A stretch of DNA of 64,000 nucleotides. It comes from Tubiluchus corallicola. Its lineage: Eukaryota > Animalia > Priapulida. A model generated the notes under the pieces. That model searched no databases, had not been told where the DNA came from, and saw only the letters and a program-made list of their open reading frames with translations. A program made the translations under genes and the position numbers. Within the stretch, counting starts at the first letter, position 1. The number at the start of each line of letters is the position of its first letter. The DNA is taken from contig JAQGDQ010000186.1 of the NCBI GenBank assembly GCA_030141605.1, positions 1 to 64,000 of the forward strand. Reading direction: 5' to 3'. Below, piece by piece: positions 1 to 13,442 of this stretch.

Positions 1-67
1 TAGCAATACGTAACTGAACGGCGTACAATGGCGAGTTACGTATTGCTTATGATATTATAGCTAGCGC

Positions 68-1239
68 CAGTGCCGGCTCTAAGTAGTTTGACGACCTAGG
101 CAACAGTATTTTTGCGTCCTCTCCTCCAACTGTCAAGACCTTAACAGTGGTCCGCATGCACCCCACTCACAAAACAGATAAAACAAATTTGTTGTACATA
201 AAGTATAATAGTACCTGTGTGTTGCACTTACATATGTGTTATAGTGTACTAGTTAAATGCAATTAATTACTTATCTAGAGCTTGTGTTGATTTCATTTGA
301 AGATAAATTTATAACTTCATTGTATGTCCCGGGTTTTCAGTAGCAATCAAAGTTTCTGCAATTTCTGCTGCACTGTTCGTGCTCTTGGCTAGATTTTCAC
401 TTACCCTTTCATCAAAACATTTTTGAAACAGTAACTCTTCTTTTTCATGAACCAATTCATCTTCACAGCCATAACTCTGTTTTGGTTGCAAATAGTTCAT
501 TGGCTGTTTGCTCTTTAATGTCCGCCAGCTTGTTTACCCTTCGTTTCCCGTAATAGGCCACTGAAGGCTTGGGTCCTTATGGATTTATTTGCCATGACTA
601 GATAAGTACTATTGTAAGCAAAAGCAGGAAACGCGTCAGTAATATATGAATGCAATGACGTAATCTTACGAAGGCATGTAAAGCAAACGTAGGTAAATAT
701 TTTACTGAAGGAGAGGAGATCTTTGCGTTTACCTGGCATCCGGAATGCGTATACGGAACAGATAAAATCGGTTTATATTGTTTTCAAGCACCCGTTTATC
801 AAACCTGCGTTATGCCTTATTTTTTCTGCAGATGGACAACGCATAACGCATTCCAGATGCGTGGTAAATGCAACTTTAGCGTCCATGCATCATTATATTT
901 TGACAGGGAAATAACGCAGGCAGTTTGTTTCATTAAGTTAAAGTGTTTGCATTTAAGAGTACACTGAATATAAGAGTTATACTTATTCACATTGAGAGCA
1001 ATAATTATAGGTACTCATACTGAGTAGAAGAGTTATAGTTACTCATAATGAATACAAGAGTTATGGTTAGGTACACTGACTGCAAGAGTTGGGGTAGCCA
1101 TGGCTTGGCTCTACGTCGTTTGACGCCCTACGTAATATGTTCTTACTTATGCTAAAGCTAATCTGAAATTAAAGAATTAGTTCCAGAATTTGGCGCCCTA
1201 GGCAACTGCCTAGATTACTTGTTGAAAGAGCCGGCCCTG
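68..1239. mobile_element. Non-autonomous or internally deleted hAT-like DNA transposon (1172 bp)
   Basis: Terminal inverted repeats CAGTGCCGGCTCT (68-80) and AGAGCCGGCCCTG (1227-1239). Flanking 8-bp duplication GCTAGCGC (60-67) / GCTAGCGT (1240-1247), 7/8 identical. CAG...CTG ends with an 8-bp TSD are typical of hAT. Short minus-strand ORFs inside may be transposase N-terminal remnants. Confidence 0.8.
971..1090. repeat. Degenerate 28-bp minisatellite (~4 copies) inside the hAT element
   Basis: Units taagagttatacttattcacattgagag / caataattataggtactcatactgagta / gaagagttatagttactcataatgaata / caagagttatggttaggtacactgactg. Confidence 0.7.
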
Positions 1240-2061
1240 GCTAGCGTCTGTTTTCGTGTAGTGTTAAGCAAAAGAAATGTTTCATCTTCTCAACATATCA
1301 TTTTGCTGCTGAGCAGTATTTACTCCTCAATTATCCCAAACTATCACTTAAATCGCTGTTCATTTAAATGAAATTTACTCATTTACCTAGGTAAATGGTT
1401 ACGAAATTCACCTAATTCGAATCTTTTTTTCTTGTTTATTGCACTAAGCTTTCAAATTTAAACTTGAGCAAAAACAGCGCGAAAGCATGACATTTATCGA
1501 TAAATTGATTATAAAATTTGCATTCAATTATAGCCATCCCATGACACAGTGCGCGGTTTATAAATAAACGCGGTTAATCGCTACTGTGCGCATGTACTGT
1601 AGATGTAAAAACGCACACGTCTGTGCAGATTTTATAATATCGTAAGATGTACCGAAGACGTAACGTTGTGCGTCGGACCTGGCGTCCGAAAGTTCTGCTC
1701 CCCCCCACCCCCATATTTGCGTCTTTGGCTTAAGCACTAGGAAATCAAAGCTTATGAAATACCTACCTCTGACCACATATAGCTAGTTTTGCTATGGACT
1801 CATTAGAAAGCACGAAGCAGGAAATCATCATGTGAAACTGAGCCATGTGACTTCCAGTAAAAGACTCAGACCACATCATTTCGTAACGGGTATAAATTTA
1901 AGATGAGTTTGCAAGATATTTGGTTGAATGCAATTCTCTGTATATTAATGTTACTATTGCAGAGTAATACGTCGATGCTGCCTTAAAAAACAGTGAAATA
2001 AAACAAATACGCAATATACATTTATTACTACACTGATTTTTAACTTCAGAATAGAACATTG

Positions 2062-5000
2062 ATGCTGACATCAGGACTGGTGTTTCTGCTTAGTTCTGTA
2101 AACCTCATATTAATGGAAGCTGCTGGACTCAAGATTTGGCACAATCCAGAACTCCGTGGTCCAATTTTGGAAGGATACGAGTCGTTATATTATATGGGTA
2201 GATCTACAATAAATTTGCAGTTTGAAGACAGTGTTTGCACTTCTAGGTTTCGAATTTTGTATTATTTTGTCATTTAAATGCTTAGTACGTATTTGAAAAA
2301 GCAGCAAAATCTGGTAACCTTTTCACACTGCAAAACTCGCCAAACCATTCAAAATGGTTTTGGCGCCCATATGTATGGTGACTCAAAGAATTTTAGTACA
2401 AAACAACGTGAACAGTAGAGGGAGGCACTTTGATCAAGTGTAGTGAAGAAGTAGAGTTGATCGTGTAGATTATATCGGAACAATAGAAATGTAAAACACT
2501 TGACGCAATTTAACTTTCCGCGAAAACGCTACTTACAGCGCCTTCTGGCGTAAGTTGGCATAAATTAAGCTGATAATTATTTTATATACCAGTTTTCTTG
2601 CCTCTCAAAATTTCTGTGCAGTACACGATCTTGAGTTGTTAGGTACATTTCTAACCATGCTTTTATCAGTGTTAACAATTTGAGAAGCCACTGAATGGAC
2701 TAGCTCTAGCTACGCCACTAGGAAGTGAAACTCGTGGGCCCACAGTAGGTTTCACAACATGCAGGATGCATTTATAACAATTTTTTCCTATGCTACTTTT
2801 TATTATTTTATCAGTTTATCTTTACAGCTTATTGTAATTGCAACGTAATGCTACTGAAGTTTACAAATCTAAAATCTAGATATTAGAATCACAAGAATCT
2901 TGCTACATTTTTAGGGGAAAAAAGCGGCAAAGCCAAGTGCCGCCCCAAGCTACGCTTCTGATTGTAGAATGTCAAGCCTATTCTTGGGCAGGTTTAAAAA
3001 CAGTTTGAAAGAACTGGCTTGAAAACATTTTTCGAACACTTAAATGATTTCAATACTTTCGGCGACTTGCCGTGTAAAAATTATATAAGGCAATAAACAG
3101 ATATCTTGCAAAACAGATATCTTCATGTCATTCTTGTCGCTAGAAAGCAGCACTATTTTCCTGCGGATAGTATAGAATGAAAATGATGGATGATTCGTTG
3201 CCCAGCAGAATAGAACTTGAACTTTAGACATTGTGCTTATTATGGGTTACTTTACCAAATGAGAAAAGGAGCATTTTTTCAAAGCCTTTACTCTATGCCA
3301 ATCATAAGAGTGAGTACTTTGCCTAAGAGAGGTAGAAATATGTATCACCAGTAACCTGATAATCCAACTGAAAATTAATTACATCTCGTTGGTATGCGAC
3401 TGTGTGTACATACACATTTACATGCTTGAATATTCTGTATCTTCTATGAGCACTTATATCTTCAACACTTCGAATTAATTATCATCAACTGTGTTAACTT
3501 CACAACATATCAGTAATTTGCTCTTTGGTTAAATTTATAATTTGCTCTGTTCTATTAAATAACGTACTGAACCAACCAGAGAAGCCAGTAATCAGCATGT
3601 TTTGAAGATTGTTTGTTATGACATTATTTCAGCATTTTTTGTTAACATGGGTGCAACTTGTGTGGGACTGGCTAGTTCTTTTCTAGCCTGTGAGTACATC
3701 TACTTTCTATTAGTGAAGCGTAGGGCATGGATGGCAGAGAGAATTGAACATCAAAATTCTAGCTCAGTAAGTCACATTTGCAGTACTCATGTTAAATTAT
3801 GTATCAGATACAACCACTATTATCTTATTACCCATTGTAACTTTAATGTAACTTGGTTTAATGCAGGAGTTTGACTACATGTATAATGATGACCAAGAAG
3901 AACATGGTGAGGCCATGAATTGGGTATACGAAAATGTAGGAGTGAAGGAGCACCATCTATCCATCAAAGATCGATACAGAACATCGTCTCAGTCGAGTAA
4001 TGATACACATAATGAATACTATCGCAATCCTTCCTCGTTTGAGCCAGTGGAACCCGTTTATCAAAAACCTTGGGTAATACTATTTGTTTTCATTCTCCAA
4101 ATTATGAAGGTTTCACCAACATCTGTTTATTTGCCTGTAGACAAGGTATTAGGAAAGATTACTCATACCGGGTGCCTCAAAAATCATTATATATTTTTTA
4201 CATTTATAAACAAAGCAAAATGATTGAAAATACCCAGGCGAGCTAAATCTTAGAGAATTCTTTTAATTAAATTGGATTAAAATTTGAAAAGAACTACTTC
4301 ATTGGGGATTAACTTCTACATGCTACCTTTTTAAAGCACTTTGGTAAATGCTTATAATATGCATTTCCAAGATCAGCATTTCAGGTTAAATGCTTACACA
4401 AGAATCTCTACTTGTTATTCCAAATTCATGAGGTCTCTTGATTTTGGTGTCTCTTGAAGGTCGTAGCACATGAATAGCGAAGAGCTGTTTTATCATATTG
4501 ACACAGTCATTTAGACACCAGATATTGCACCACAAGACATTTGGACACACAGTCATTTGCACACGTAGGCTATTTTGACACATAGGTAATTTGGGCAAGG
4601 CTATTTGGACATATAGGTAATTTGGACACAAAAGGCAGTTTGGAAGTATCGGTCATTTGGACTCAAAGTATTTTGGGCACAGACTATTTGGACACAAGTA
4701 ATTTGGTCACACAGGTCATTTAATCACGTGTTTAAGTTAAATAGGCCGAAACTCCTGTAGCCATATCATTCATGTGCTGTTCTGAATTTCTGTTGCATTT
4801 CAGTTGGTGACAGCCAATGATGATTTTGCAATTCTGTTGAAAAATTGGTGTTGTCACCACAATAATGGTAATCCAGTTAAAGTATGAAAACTAAAATTTG
4901 AGCCAAACCAAGTCGAGATTGGAAGGAATTTGAAAGGAAAAACAGGCATAGGGACTTTTTGAGACATTCAGTGTTTTAGTGAAATCTGCAAGGGAAACTT

Positions 5001-5935
5001 TATGTGAATCAGCAAGACCTGTTTGGAGTTTCATACTGATCAACAAACAAGTAGTCAGATAACCACACTTTATATAAACGAACAAGGTCAGGTCAAATGA
5101 CATCTATTATGGATCTATAAAGTGGGTGCGTTTATTCGTATGCACACGAGTTTGTGTGGGAAAGTTATACCCATTCTTTTAATGAATTATGAGTTTGTTA
5201 TTTGGGCATGTAGCCTTTAATTTGTTTCGAGCACAGATAATTTGTAGAAAAGGCTCTCTACTGTGAAGGCAAATTCATGTAGAGTGAGCGTTTACAGAAA
5301 GGGTACCACAGAGAAGACTTCATATGCTCAAGGTGCCATAAACATGGAAAAAGATTGACAACTACTGCTGCAATGATTTAAACAAGTCTACATACAACAA
5401 ATGCTGGAAATACAAATTTTTCAGGCTAGAAGAATAGGAAGCTTCAAGCCAAAGCTTAATAGACAACCAATTCCCAAGACACGAAGTACACGAGCACGAG
5501 TGAGTAAGATACATTTAAAATTTGCACTTTGAAACTGAACACTAATGGAAAGTTGCTAATGTGATTACCATGCGAGCTTGCAAGTAAAATTATCTGTTGT
5601 TTATAAAAACTATTACCACATTTTAACAGATTTTGAATAAACAAAATGAAGAAAACCTCAACAGAGAAACAAGATATGAAACTCAACCCAATGATCTAAA
5701 GTTTAATTATGTAATGAAAGAGCCAGATGAGGACGATGACGATATTAAACAGGAATCGAGTGCTTCTGCATCTTCGAGCTTAGTTAAAGAGCAGCACAGA
5801 CTTTTGGAAAGGGAATTTCACAAACTGGATATGGAAATGGTAGCTAGCACTCTACTCATTAGCTCAGCCAGGTGTAAACAGTGTGGTTCTGCCGATGTGG
5901 TATTACTAGAAAATCACCCAGACGTACATGTATAG
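2062..5935 (+). CDS. Uncharacterised, putatively secreted protein (~291 aa, 7 exons)
   Basis: GT-AG exons with consistent phases: 2062-2197, 3714-3766, 3867-4073, 4804-4867, 5298-5332, 5425-5499, 5630-5935 (876 nt). Hydrophobic N-terminus MLTSGLVFLLSSVNLILMEAAG. No recognised domain. The 35-nt exon 5 and the start codon are the least certain parts. Confidence 0.55.
4505..4728. repeat. Degenerate 15-17-bp tandem array (core CATTTGGACAC), probably one arm of a foldback element
   Basis: About 13 imperfect repeats of (g/t)(c/a)atttggacac in intron 3 of the orphan gene. A similar motif recurs near 63765-63820. Confidence 0.65.
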
Positions 5936-6592
5936 GCTGTATTACAAGCCAACATGATGTAACAATTCAGTTATGTCAGCACCACTGTAGCACCATGTAC
6001 TATATTTAATATCAGTTCAGTGAGCGTAGCAAAGACAGATATATCCATTGAAGCATTGTAGACACATTCTGGATATGATGTGGACCTTACCGGGCAACTC
6101 TAGCTTTAATTTTAATTGGCTTCTCTTCATGGTGGTTTCTTTAATCAAAGATTAATACATACAATATTCGTATTATTTTTGTTAACATTATTGGTCTAAC
6201 AGGTAGTCTTTTGTGAGTTAAAATTATTTATTAATATATTTATATTTGACGTTTTCTGCATTATCTATTTAATTTGTGCTGCACATAGAAACTTGTTAAT
6301 TAAGAACAACATAAGAGAAGAAAATTTATGAAAAAAAGATAAATAATTCTGCCTGCCAGACATAGTACGGTTTTGATGCATTAAAAATACAGAGCTAGCT
6401 GCTGGCCATTTTTAACAAATAAAAGGTGCAGTACAATGGCAGAAATATATCAATTGTGAAACTCTGTTCATGTTTCACCTTCAGCCACTAATCAAGACAA
6501 TTGTCTTCTTAGTATTAAACTGTATTAGTAAAAATAAATTACCAGGTATAATATTTATGTATATCTTCCTATATGTGCAACTAATTTATAAA

Positions 6593-9500
6593 TCATGTTT
6601 TTTGATCTTTGCATTTTTTCATAAAATCACTTGGCACTTTTCCACGATGATTCTTGACTTCTTGTAGTCTTGTTTCTCTTCTGGCTAAAAAGTCAAAGAC
6701 GTCAGTTCTTCCCATTTCTGCCGCCTAAAATGAAAATGAAATAACTGATTGAAAATTTGTTTAGTAAATGTTTATGCTTACGATGATGAGTTACCAAATG
6801 GGAACTCAGAACTTTCTTTCGAATAAACACTGCATTTATCCATGTCTTATTAAAATAAATTCACACATTACACAAAATGCATGCTATAGGCTTGTAAAAT
6901 TTAAAGGTGACTGACTCCTAAACACCAAATATTGAATGGATGAATATGAAACGTGGTACACTGACATACTTTATGATATATACATGTCACCATGAGTTAG
7001 GCTTGTATTGGCAAATTCAAATGCCTGTAAAAGTTGTTCAAAGCAAAAAACACTTTACAGAATACGCCAATTTTGGTGATTTTTTGGCCTTTTCGGCAAT
7101 TTTCAAAGGGCCATAACTTTTGAACGATTGGTCCAGTTTCACTAAAAATTTGGACTTTTGCATTTCTCCAAAAGCCAAACCGACACACCAAATTGCATTA
7201 AAATATATGACATAAATGTGTTTATCAAAAATAATATTGGGTGATTTGAGGTGGAATGACCCCTCACTGAGCATTACACATGATCTTGGGATTTTCTTTA
7301 TAAAGATAGCAGTGTGCCTTCTTAAGAAATTATAATCACAAGCACCACTTTTCATTAAAGATCCTAGTGCATCACCATACAGAAAAATGGGAAATGCACC
7401 AAAATTCAGCATTTATGTAACTTAAAGCCTATAATCCAATTGACAGTTATATACATGTGACATCAGTTGGCTAGCTTTCATTTGTCATAATGTTGGATCA
7501 TAAGTTATAGTAACTTTTGATGCGGGCAAGAGCCAGTTCAGTACCATCTTCCAAATGTCAACCCTAATCTGAAAGCTCTGGGAGCAAATTGTGAAAAACA
7601 ATGAGAAATTTCGTTAGCTCAAAACCAAAAATCACTTAATAGTGGTCAACATACAACAAATTTTTTATATTTAGTGTCGGCTGTAAAAATAGGCAAACTT
7701 GGTAGTTGCCTAGGGTGCCGAATTCTGGAAGCTATGATGATTCTTAAATTCTTAAGTTTAGTACAAGTAATAACATCTAGTGTAATGTATAATTGCTAAA
7801 GTGCACATCATTTTGATTAAATGAAAAGAGCTAAGGATCTGTGTCTTTTTCCTGTCAAAATGTATGATTGATTGCCACTAATTTTGTAAAAACACTGACC
7901 ACTTTTGTAAAACTTGACGGTCTTTTTCAGCATTAAGTTATATCATCATCATGGCAGCGCAGTATGGTGCAGCATTTTCTCACCACATCTTCAATGCCAA
8001 TATTGCGACAATGCATTCCCACAAAAGACAGTAATATAAATGTTGCAAGAATCTATTGGCATGATATCATAAGATTTTTAAATGCCTGAATCCAAGCTTA
8101 AAAAATTTGTATTTGGATGTCGCCTTAGGTCAATGTGAAAAAGTAGTCTACTAAGACTGATCTTTTCACAAAAGCAAACACTTTTTATTGAAGCCAATAC
8201 CCAGAAAACTTGCCAGCTTCAGAAAGTACATTAGAACTGTCTTCTACTATTGGGAAGCAGAAGCCAGGTAACAGTTACTAAGTAATGAAGCTGACGTCAT
8301 AAATTTGGAAGTAATTAATCTTATAGGGGAGAGGGTTTGTACAATTTAAAGCTAATGCTCTTGAAAATATTCCATTGAAATGTATCGTTAAAACTTACAG
8401 AGTCAGCCCACCTATGCACAAAAACGAAAATTGCGATGAAGGACATTTCCAGGTTAGAGTGGGCGTTTTAGCAGAATGTGGTATAAGTGGCTCCACTGGC
8501 TAAGTCTGAAATAAAAGATTTATTCAAAGATTCAAAACAATACTTTTTCCAAGAGGTACGGTTAACAACATTCTCTTTTTAAAACAAGACGATAAGTAAG
8601 GTGCGATGCACGAGTGCTGCTGGCATACAGAACTATGGAGTCATTGAGTCTAAAAGTCTATCCATGTCAATTTAACTAACAAGAGAAACGACAAACAACC
8701 ACATTAGCCAGCTATTAAAAAGTGGCGGCGTCTCAAATCAATACGTATGTTCTAAACCTAGCCAAACTTTTCCCAATCATTGCAAAAAATTTGTAAGGGT
8801 AACCACTAGTATTAACCAGATATGCTGCTCTTGCCTACAAATTAATGATATACTATAAAAGACAGTTAAATCATGTCAACCCAAAGCAACACATATCAGT
8901 TATTAATGCTGCAATGCAAAAAGTTTGACAAAAGTGATTAATGTAATGCTTTTTAAAATTATTGGCCCAGTTGTTTTTTACAAGAGCAGGAATTTTTTTG
9001 ACATATTTACAAAATTAGTGGCATAGCTTTTTTCTTTTACAAAACTGGGGAAGTTTTTGACAAAAATAATATCCTCTGCTTTTACAATAATGGGAAGATT
9101 TTAAAAATTACTGCCATTTTTGTCAAAGTGTTTATTTTTTGTATAAAAGTAGTGCGTTTTTACAAACTTTGTAATTTTAACGAGTTAACCTATAATCATG
9201 GCACAACAGCAAATCATCAACTGCATGTACAATGTCAGTAACTATTCTTGAATGAACAACACAAAAAACAAATAGCCTACTCATTGAAAATTCAAATAAT
9301 TTTCTGCAATAAAAAAGTGTGCTGCTCATTTCAAAACAACATTTTTTATAGCCTGAGACTGAGAGATAATTAAGTAATAAAAAAACCTCACAACAAACAC
9401 AAAACTAAAAAGAAATTAATGCTACCCTGATAAGCACCTTATGTAGAGGAGTGTTGCCATCATCATCACATATACAAGGGTCAGCACCGGCATCTAGAAG

Positions 9501-12500
9501 TCTCCTAACTATATCAAGATGTCCGCAGTAAGCAGCTCGATGTAAAGCCGTGCTTTTGCCCGACCTAGTCTGTGCATTAACACTAGCACCATAACTTAGC
9601 AGTTGATCCACAACATTTAAATGTCCATTCCTGCTTGCATAATGCTAGAGTTAAGTAAAGACATAATGACACAATAATAGAAAAAAGTCAGTATATGTAG
9701 ATTTCAGAATAATTCATGTTAACTGAATTCTGACCAACAGTACATACTAGACTAGTTAAAGAATGGCACTATTTCACAATGGTAAACTGCAGCTCCCTAC
9801 CAAAACAAGGCCCATATTTAACATTACACTTAATGTTTTAAGTGCAAAATAGTTAATCAGCCTATTGCTAAAAAGCAGAAAAGCTATGTTTTTTAGCTTC
9901 TATTAATTAAAAATTCGCAAATCTATATTGCACTTATCACTGATTAGTGTAATTGGATGGTGGATAAAAATATACCAATGCTATAATGTGTTACATTGCA
10001 AATGCTTGTCCCAAATTTCTTAATCAGCGCCACGACAGCAAGAAACGCAACAGAGGCCTAAAATGCCTAACCTATGTTACAGTAGAAACTATCATGACCT
10101 AAATTCTTGTTCTTACAATCAACAATACGAGCTCCCTGCAAAGCAAGACATTGCCTATTAATGCCTATTAAAAATTTGTCTTGTATAAGGCTTCATTCAC
10201 CATACTGATTCTGTCTGTTTACTTAGTCATTTATACACTTGAACGTTGTAAGAGATACCTGTTGCTGATTCAGTGGCTTATCTTAAAGGCATAATGCCAT
10301 GAACATTGCGAGGAGTAGACCATGCTGTATTGAATACCCATTCTGGTTGATAGTCTGCAGAAGTGTATAAAACAATCTCAATCTCTGTCCTAAATACAGT
10401 GAAACATGAAAACAATTTTAAAGTGGAACATCACAAAATATATACTATTATACATCGCAATTAGAGGTATCTAGCAGTTGTTTGTTTTGCTTTCCAGTTA
10501 ATGAATATTTTGGGTGGCCAGTGGTAAGTAATTACAGACTAAATTAAGTCTGTATAGCAAAAATTTCTTACCAGAGCTGTGTAGCCAGATGAGTCTTGCT
10601 TATTAGGATCTTCGCCCTTTTCTAAAAACGTAATAACTCTGTCCAACAGACCATCCAATGCTAAATTTAAGAAAAGGTCTAAATTAAATTCTTGATGTAA
10701 TGGCTTTCCAAAATCTGGTTTTAAATTTAGCATCTTTATTAACAGAAATAAAATGCACTCAAATTGTAGGTAACCGGGGCTGGAAAAACCTTACCGGGCT
10801 GGAGGTCGTAGTCCACGGGACACTTCCTCGGCAGAGGGACACAAATTTTTTCCTAAACTGTTTCTTCTCAAAATTTTAATAGAAAAGTTTAAATTTTTTT
10901 CCTTTCTTCATTAGTTCTGTTCCAAATTCCATGTTCTAATACTCATCAAAGCTACAATGTAATTATTACTTGAGGTAAATTTTTTCTGCATGCTTGCATG
11001 CACTGCAATTTATCCCCACGTATTGTGTAGCACAAAAAGCTTGGTAGCGGGCTAGCAGAAGAATGTGCAGTATATGTATATAATAAATATGCAGTAACTG
11101 AACTAGAGTCAAACCTCGTTATACTGGCCCCCGTTGTAACGCCAGCCTCGCCACAACACCAACTCTTGCCCTGCCCCAATACTGCCTACCCCGTCTACCG
11201 TCACCCGCCAATGCATATGCGGTGCCAAACATCTATTTTACATAATAAATTAACCCCGTTATAAAGCCATGCAGTATGCAATAAATTACTACCCGAAAAA
11301 TGCCATTGTATTGCAAAAACAATGACCCTTTAAAATAAAAACAATCATGATATTTAAGGATTTAAATTTTGTAGCAAGTGACTGTAGGAAAGTAAATTAA
11401 TGCAGAAATTTCAAGCTATATTCTGAGGCCCCTAGGCTTAAACCTAGTCAGTCTAATTAGTAATGCCACTTGTCTATGTTCTGTAGTGTAGGTATAACAT
11501 GAGCTACCCAAACTATTTAATGGATACTTGAGCGAACCTTCAGCTTTGCATAACTATCAAACACTTACAGTTTACAAGTAACACTTACAGTGTCAAAAGA
11601 TGCAATACAACCAAAGCTCAACATTCGCTCAAGTACCAAGGCCCACGAATTTGGAATTCTATTCCTCAGAAGTTCAAAAACAAATCTCTTAATTACCTTG
11701 TCTCAAACTACAAAAACGTGCTTATTTCTCTTTATACCTGGTCTTGTAATTGTTTACACAACTAAAACTTAAACTACTATTTTCCACTCAAGTTGAACTC
11801 ACCAAACCGTATATACATATGAATGGTAAAAACTTATTATATATATGTGCTGAAGATCTAAACCCCAACTTACAGTGATACTAACCATGAATTTTGCTAT
11901 AGAAATAGTAATAATGCCATCTTTACATATATTATTGCACTGCTACTTCTGAAATTGTACTTTATGTTATAAGTCTATACCCCATTTGCCTGTTAGTCTT
12001 AATAACTTTGTTTTTTTTCTTTTTTCAGAATGCATATTTATGTGTATAAGTATATGTATACGTGTGTGTGTGTGTGTGTATGTATATGTATATATATAAT
12101 AGTACTAATGGCTACATAAATATATATTTATGTAGCCATTAGTACTATTATAATAATGTAATTTTACAGGAGATAGAGGCCCCATGACTATCTAGATGCC
12201 TTATATTTATGTAGCCATTAGTACTATTATAATAATGTAATTTTACAGGAGATAGAGGCCCCATGACTATCTAGATGCCTTATTGGAAACGTGTCACATG
12301 CAGTACTAACATGTAAATGAAAAGTAAGAGGTAAGGCAATTCTCTCTGCATAAATCTACACATCTGTATGTGCATTGCTTAGTATATCAACATTATATGT
12401 ATTTATTATGTCTTTAAGTCCTTGATATGTATGTTCAAATTTAAACCTAAATCTCATAGTTTTATCTTAGTACATTCACCATTCCTTTATTTACTTAAGC

Positions 12501-13442
12501 AACTTGGTATGCTCCATATGTAAACTTTATGCTCCATTTATCAAACCTTATTCTGAAATCTTCGTCAAGATAATTGCGCATATAATTAATTACTAATAGC
12601 AACATTACTTACAGGGTGGTTGAGTAACTTTTAGTTTTTCGTGACCCTTTCACCAATCACTTGAATATCATGAAATCAGATAATTTATTCATTTAATAAT
12701 CTTGTCGCTTTGTATCATATTATCATTTCATGCTCTGTGTTTTTCTCGTAAAAAAGGTGATAAAATAAAGATACTTAATTACTTACTTACTGTATTGGTA
12801 TATTTTGTTATTGATGTAAAATGCCATTTAAGATTTTGATCATTACAGTTTGGATAGCTTCAGTATGTCCATGGACTTCGTTATTCTGTAATCAACACTC
12901 TGTTGTACTGCATTAGTTTGTTAGCCTAATTTTTTTGTTTATTATTTTCGCTTATTTTGCCACAATGGCAGCAGGAAGTTTCGTGCTACAGTTGATGCTC
13001 ACATTCCAGCCACATTTTTATAACGATAGATGGAAAAGTGGAGGCGTCCACAAACTATTTTACTTAAGCTCTAGCTTTTGACTATACAGTAACTGTAGAC
13101 GAACAATTGAACACTATGATGAAGCAAAAAACTCTATACATATGTATCATCAGTCTAACAGTAACAGAAAGATGTTGCAGGATACCTGCCCAATCTTTCT
13201 ATGCTGTCATTGAAAATATAAAATTCTTTAATCAAATGTTCATCAATGACCAAAGATTTTAACTGCAAGTGCCACGTCACAACAGGTTTAACACTTGATT
13301 AGCACTATCACAGTATCAGCTTACCAGGTGACCATATTCCGCGTTCAAATTCCATTTCATGTATATTTTGGCAAAACGGAGAAATAGCACTTCCGCCACA
13401 GCAATGGAAAGTTTCTCTTACGTTTTCGTTTGAAGACATCAT
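6593..13442 (-). CDS. ANKRD39: Ankyrin repeat domain-containing protein 39 (181 aa, 4 exons)
   Basis: Exons 13442-13325, 10660-10572, 9644-9438, 6724-6593 (546 nt, all GT-AG, phases match). Protein has the ANKRD39 hallmark CC...QNIHEMEFERGIWSPALDG, then DSSGYTALHYASRNGH, TALHRAAYCGH and DDDGNTPLHKAAEMG. Confidence 0.95.
7672..8160. mobile_element. Diverged, inverted relative of the hAT element at 68-1239, in ANKRD39 intron 3
   Basis: 7672-7750 is a reverse-complement match to ~1165-1239 (tagttgcctaggg-gcc-aattctggaa). 7800-7890 matches the reverse complement of ~865-955 (tcctgtcaaaat). Right boundary approximate; no TSD found. Confidence 0.55.
12095..12283. repeat. 58-bp perfect palindrome overlapping a perfect 79-bp tandem duplication
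   Basis: 12095-12152 is self-complementary with no spacer. 12123-12201 is repeated exactly at 12202-12280. A (GT)n/(TA)n tract lies immediately to the left. Confidence 0.95.

Noticed and set aside
2536-2550. CTCF-like motif CAGCGCCTTCTGGCG
   Set aside because: Single imperfect match with no supporting context.
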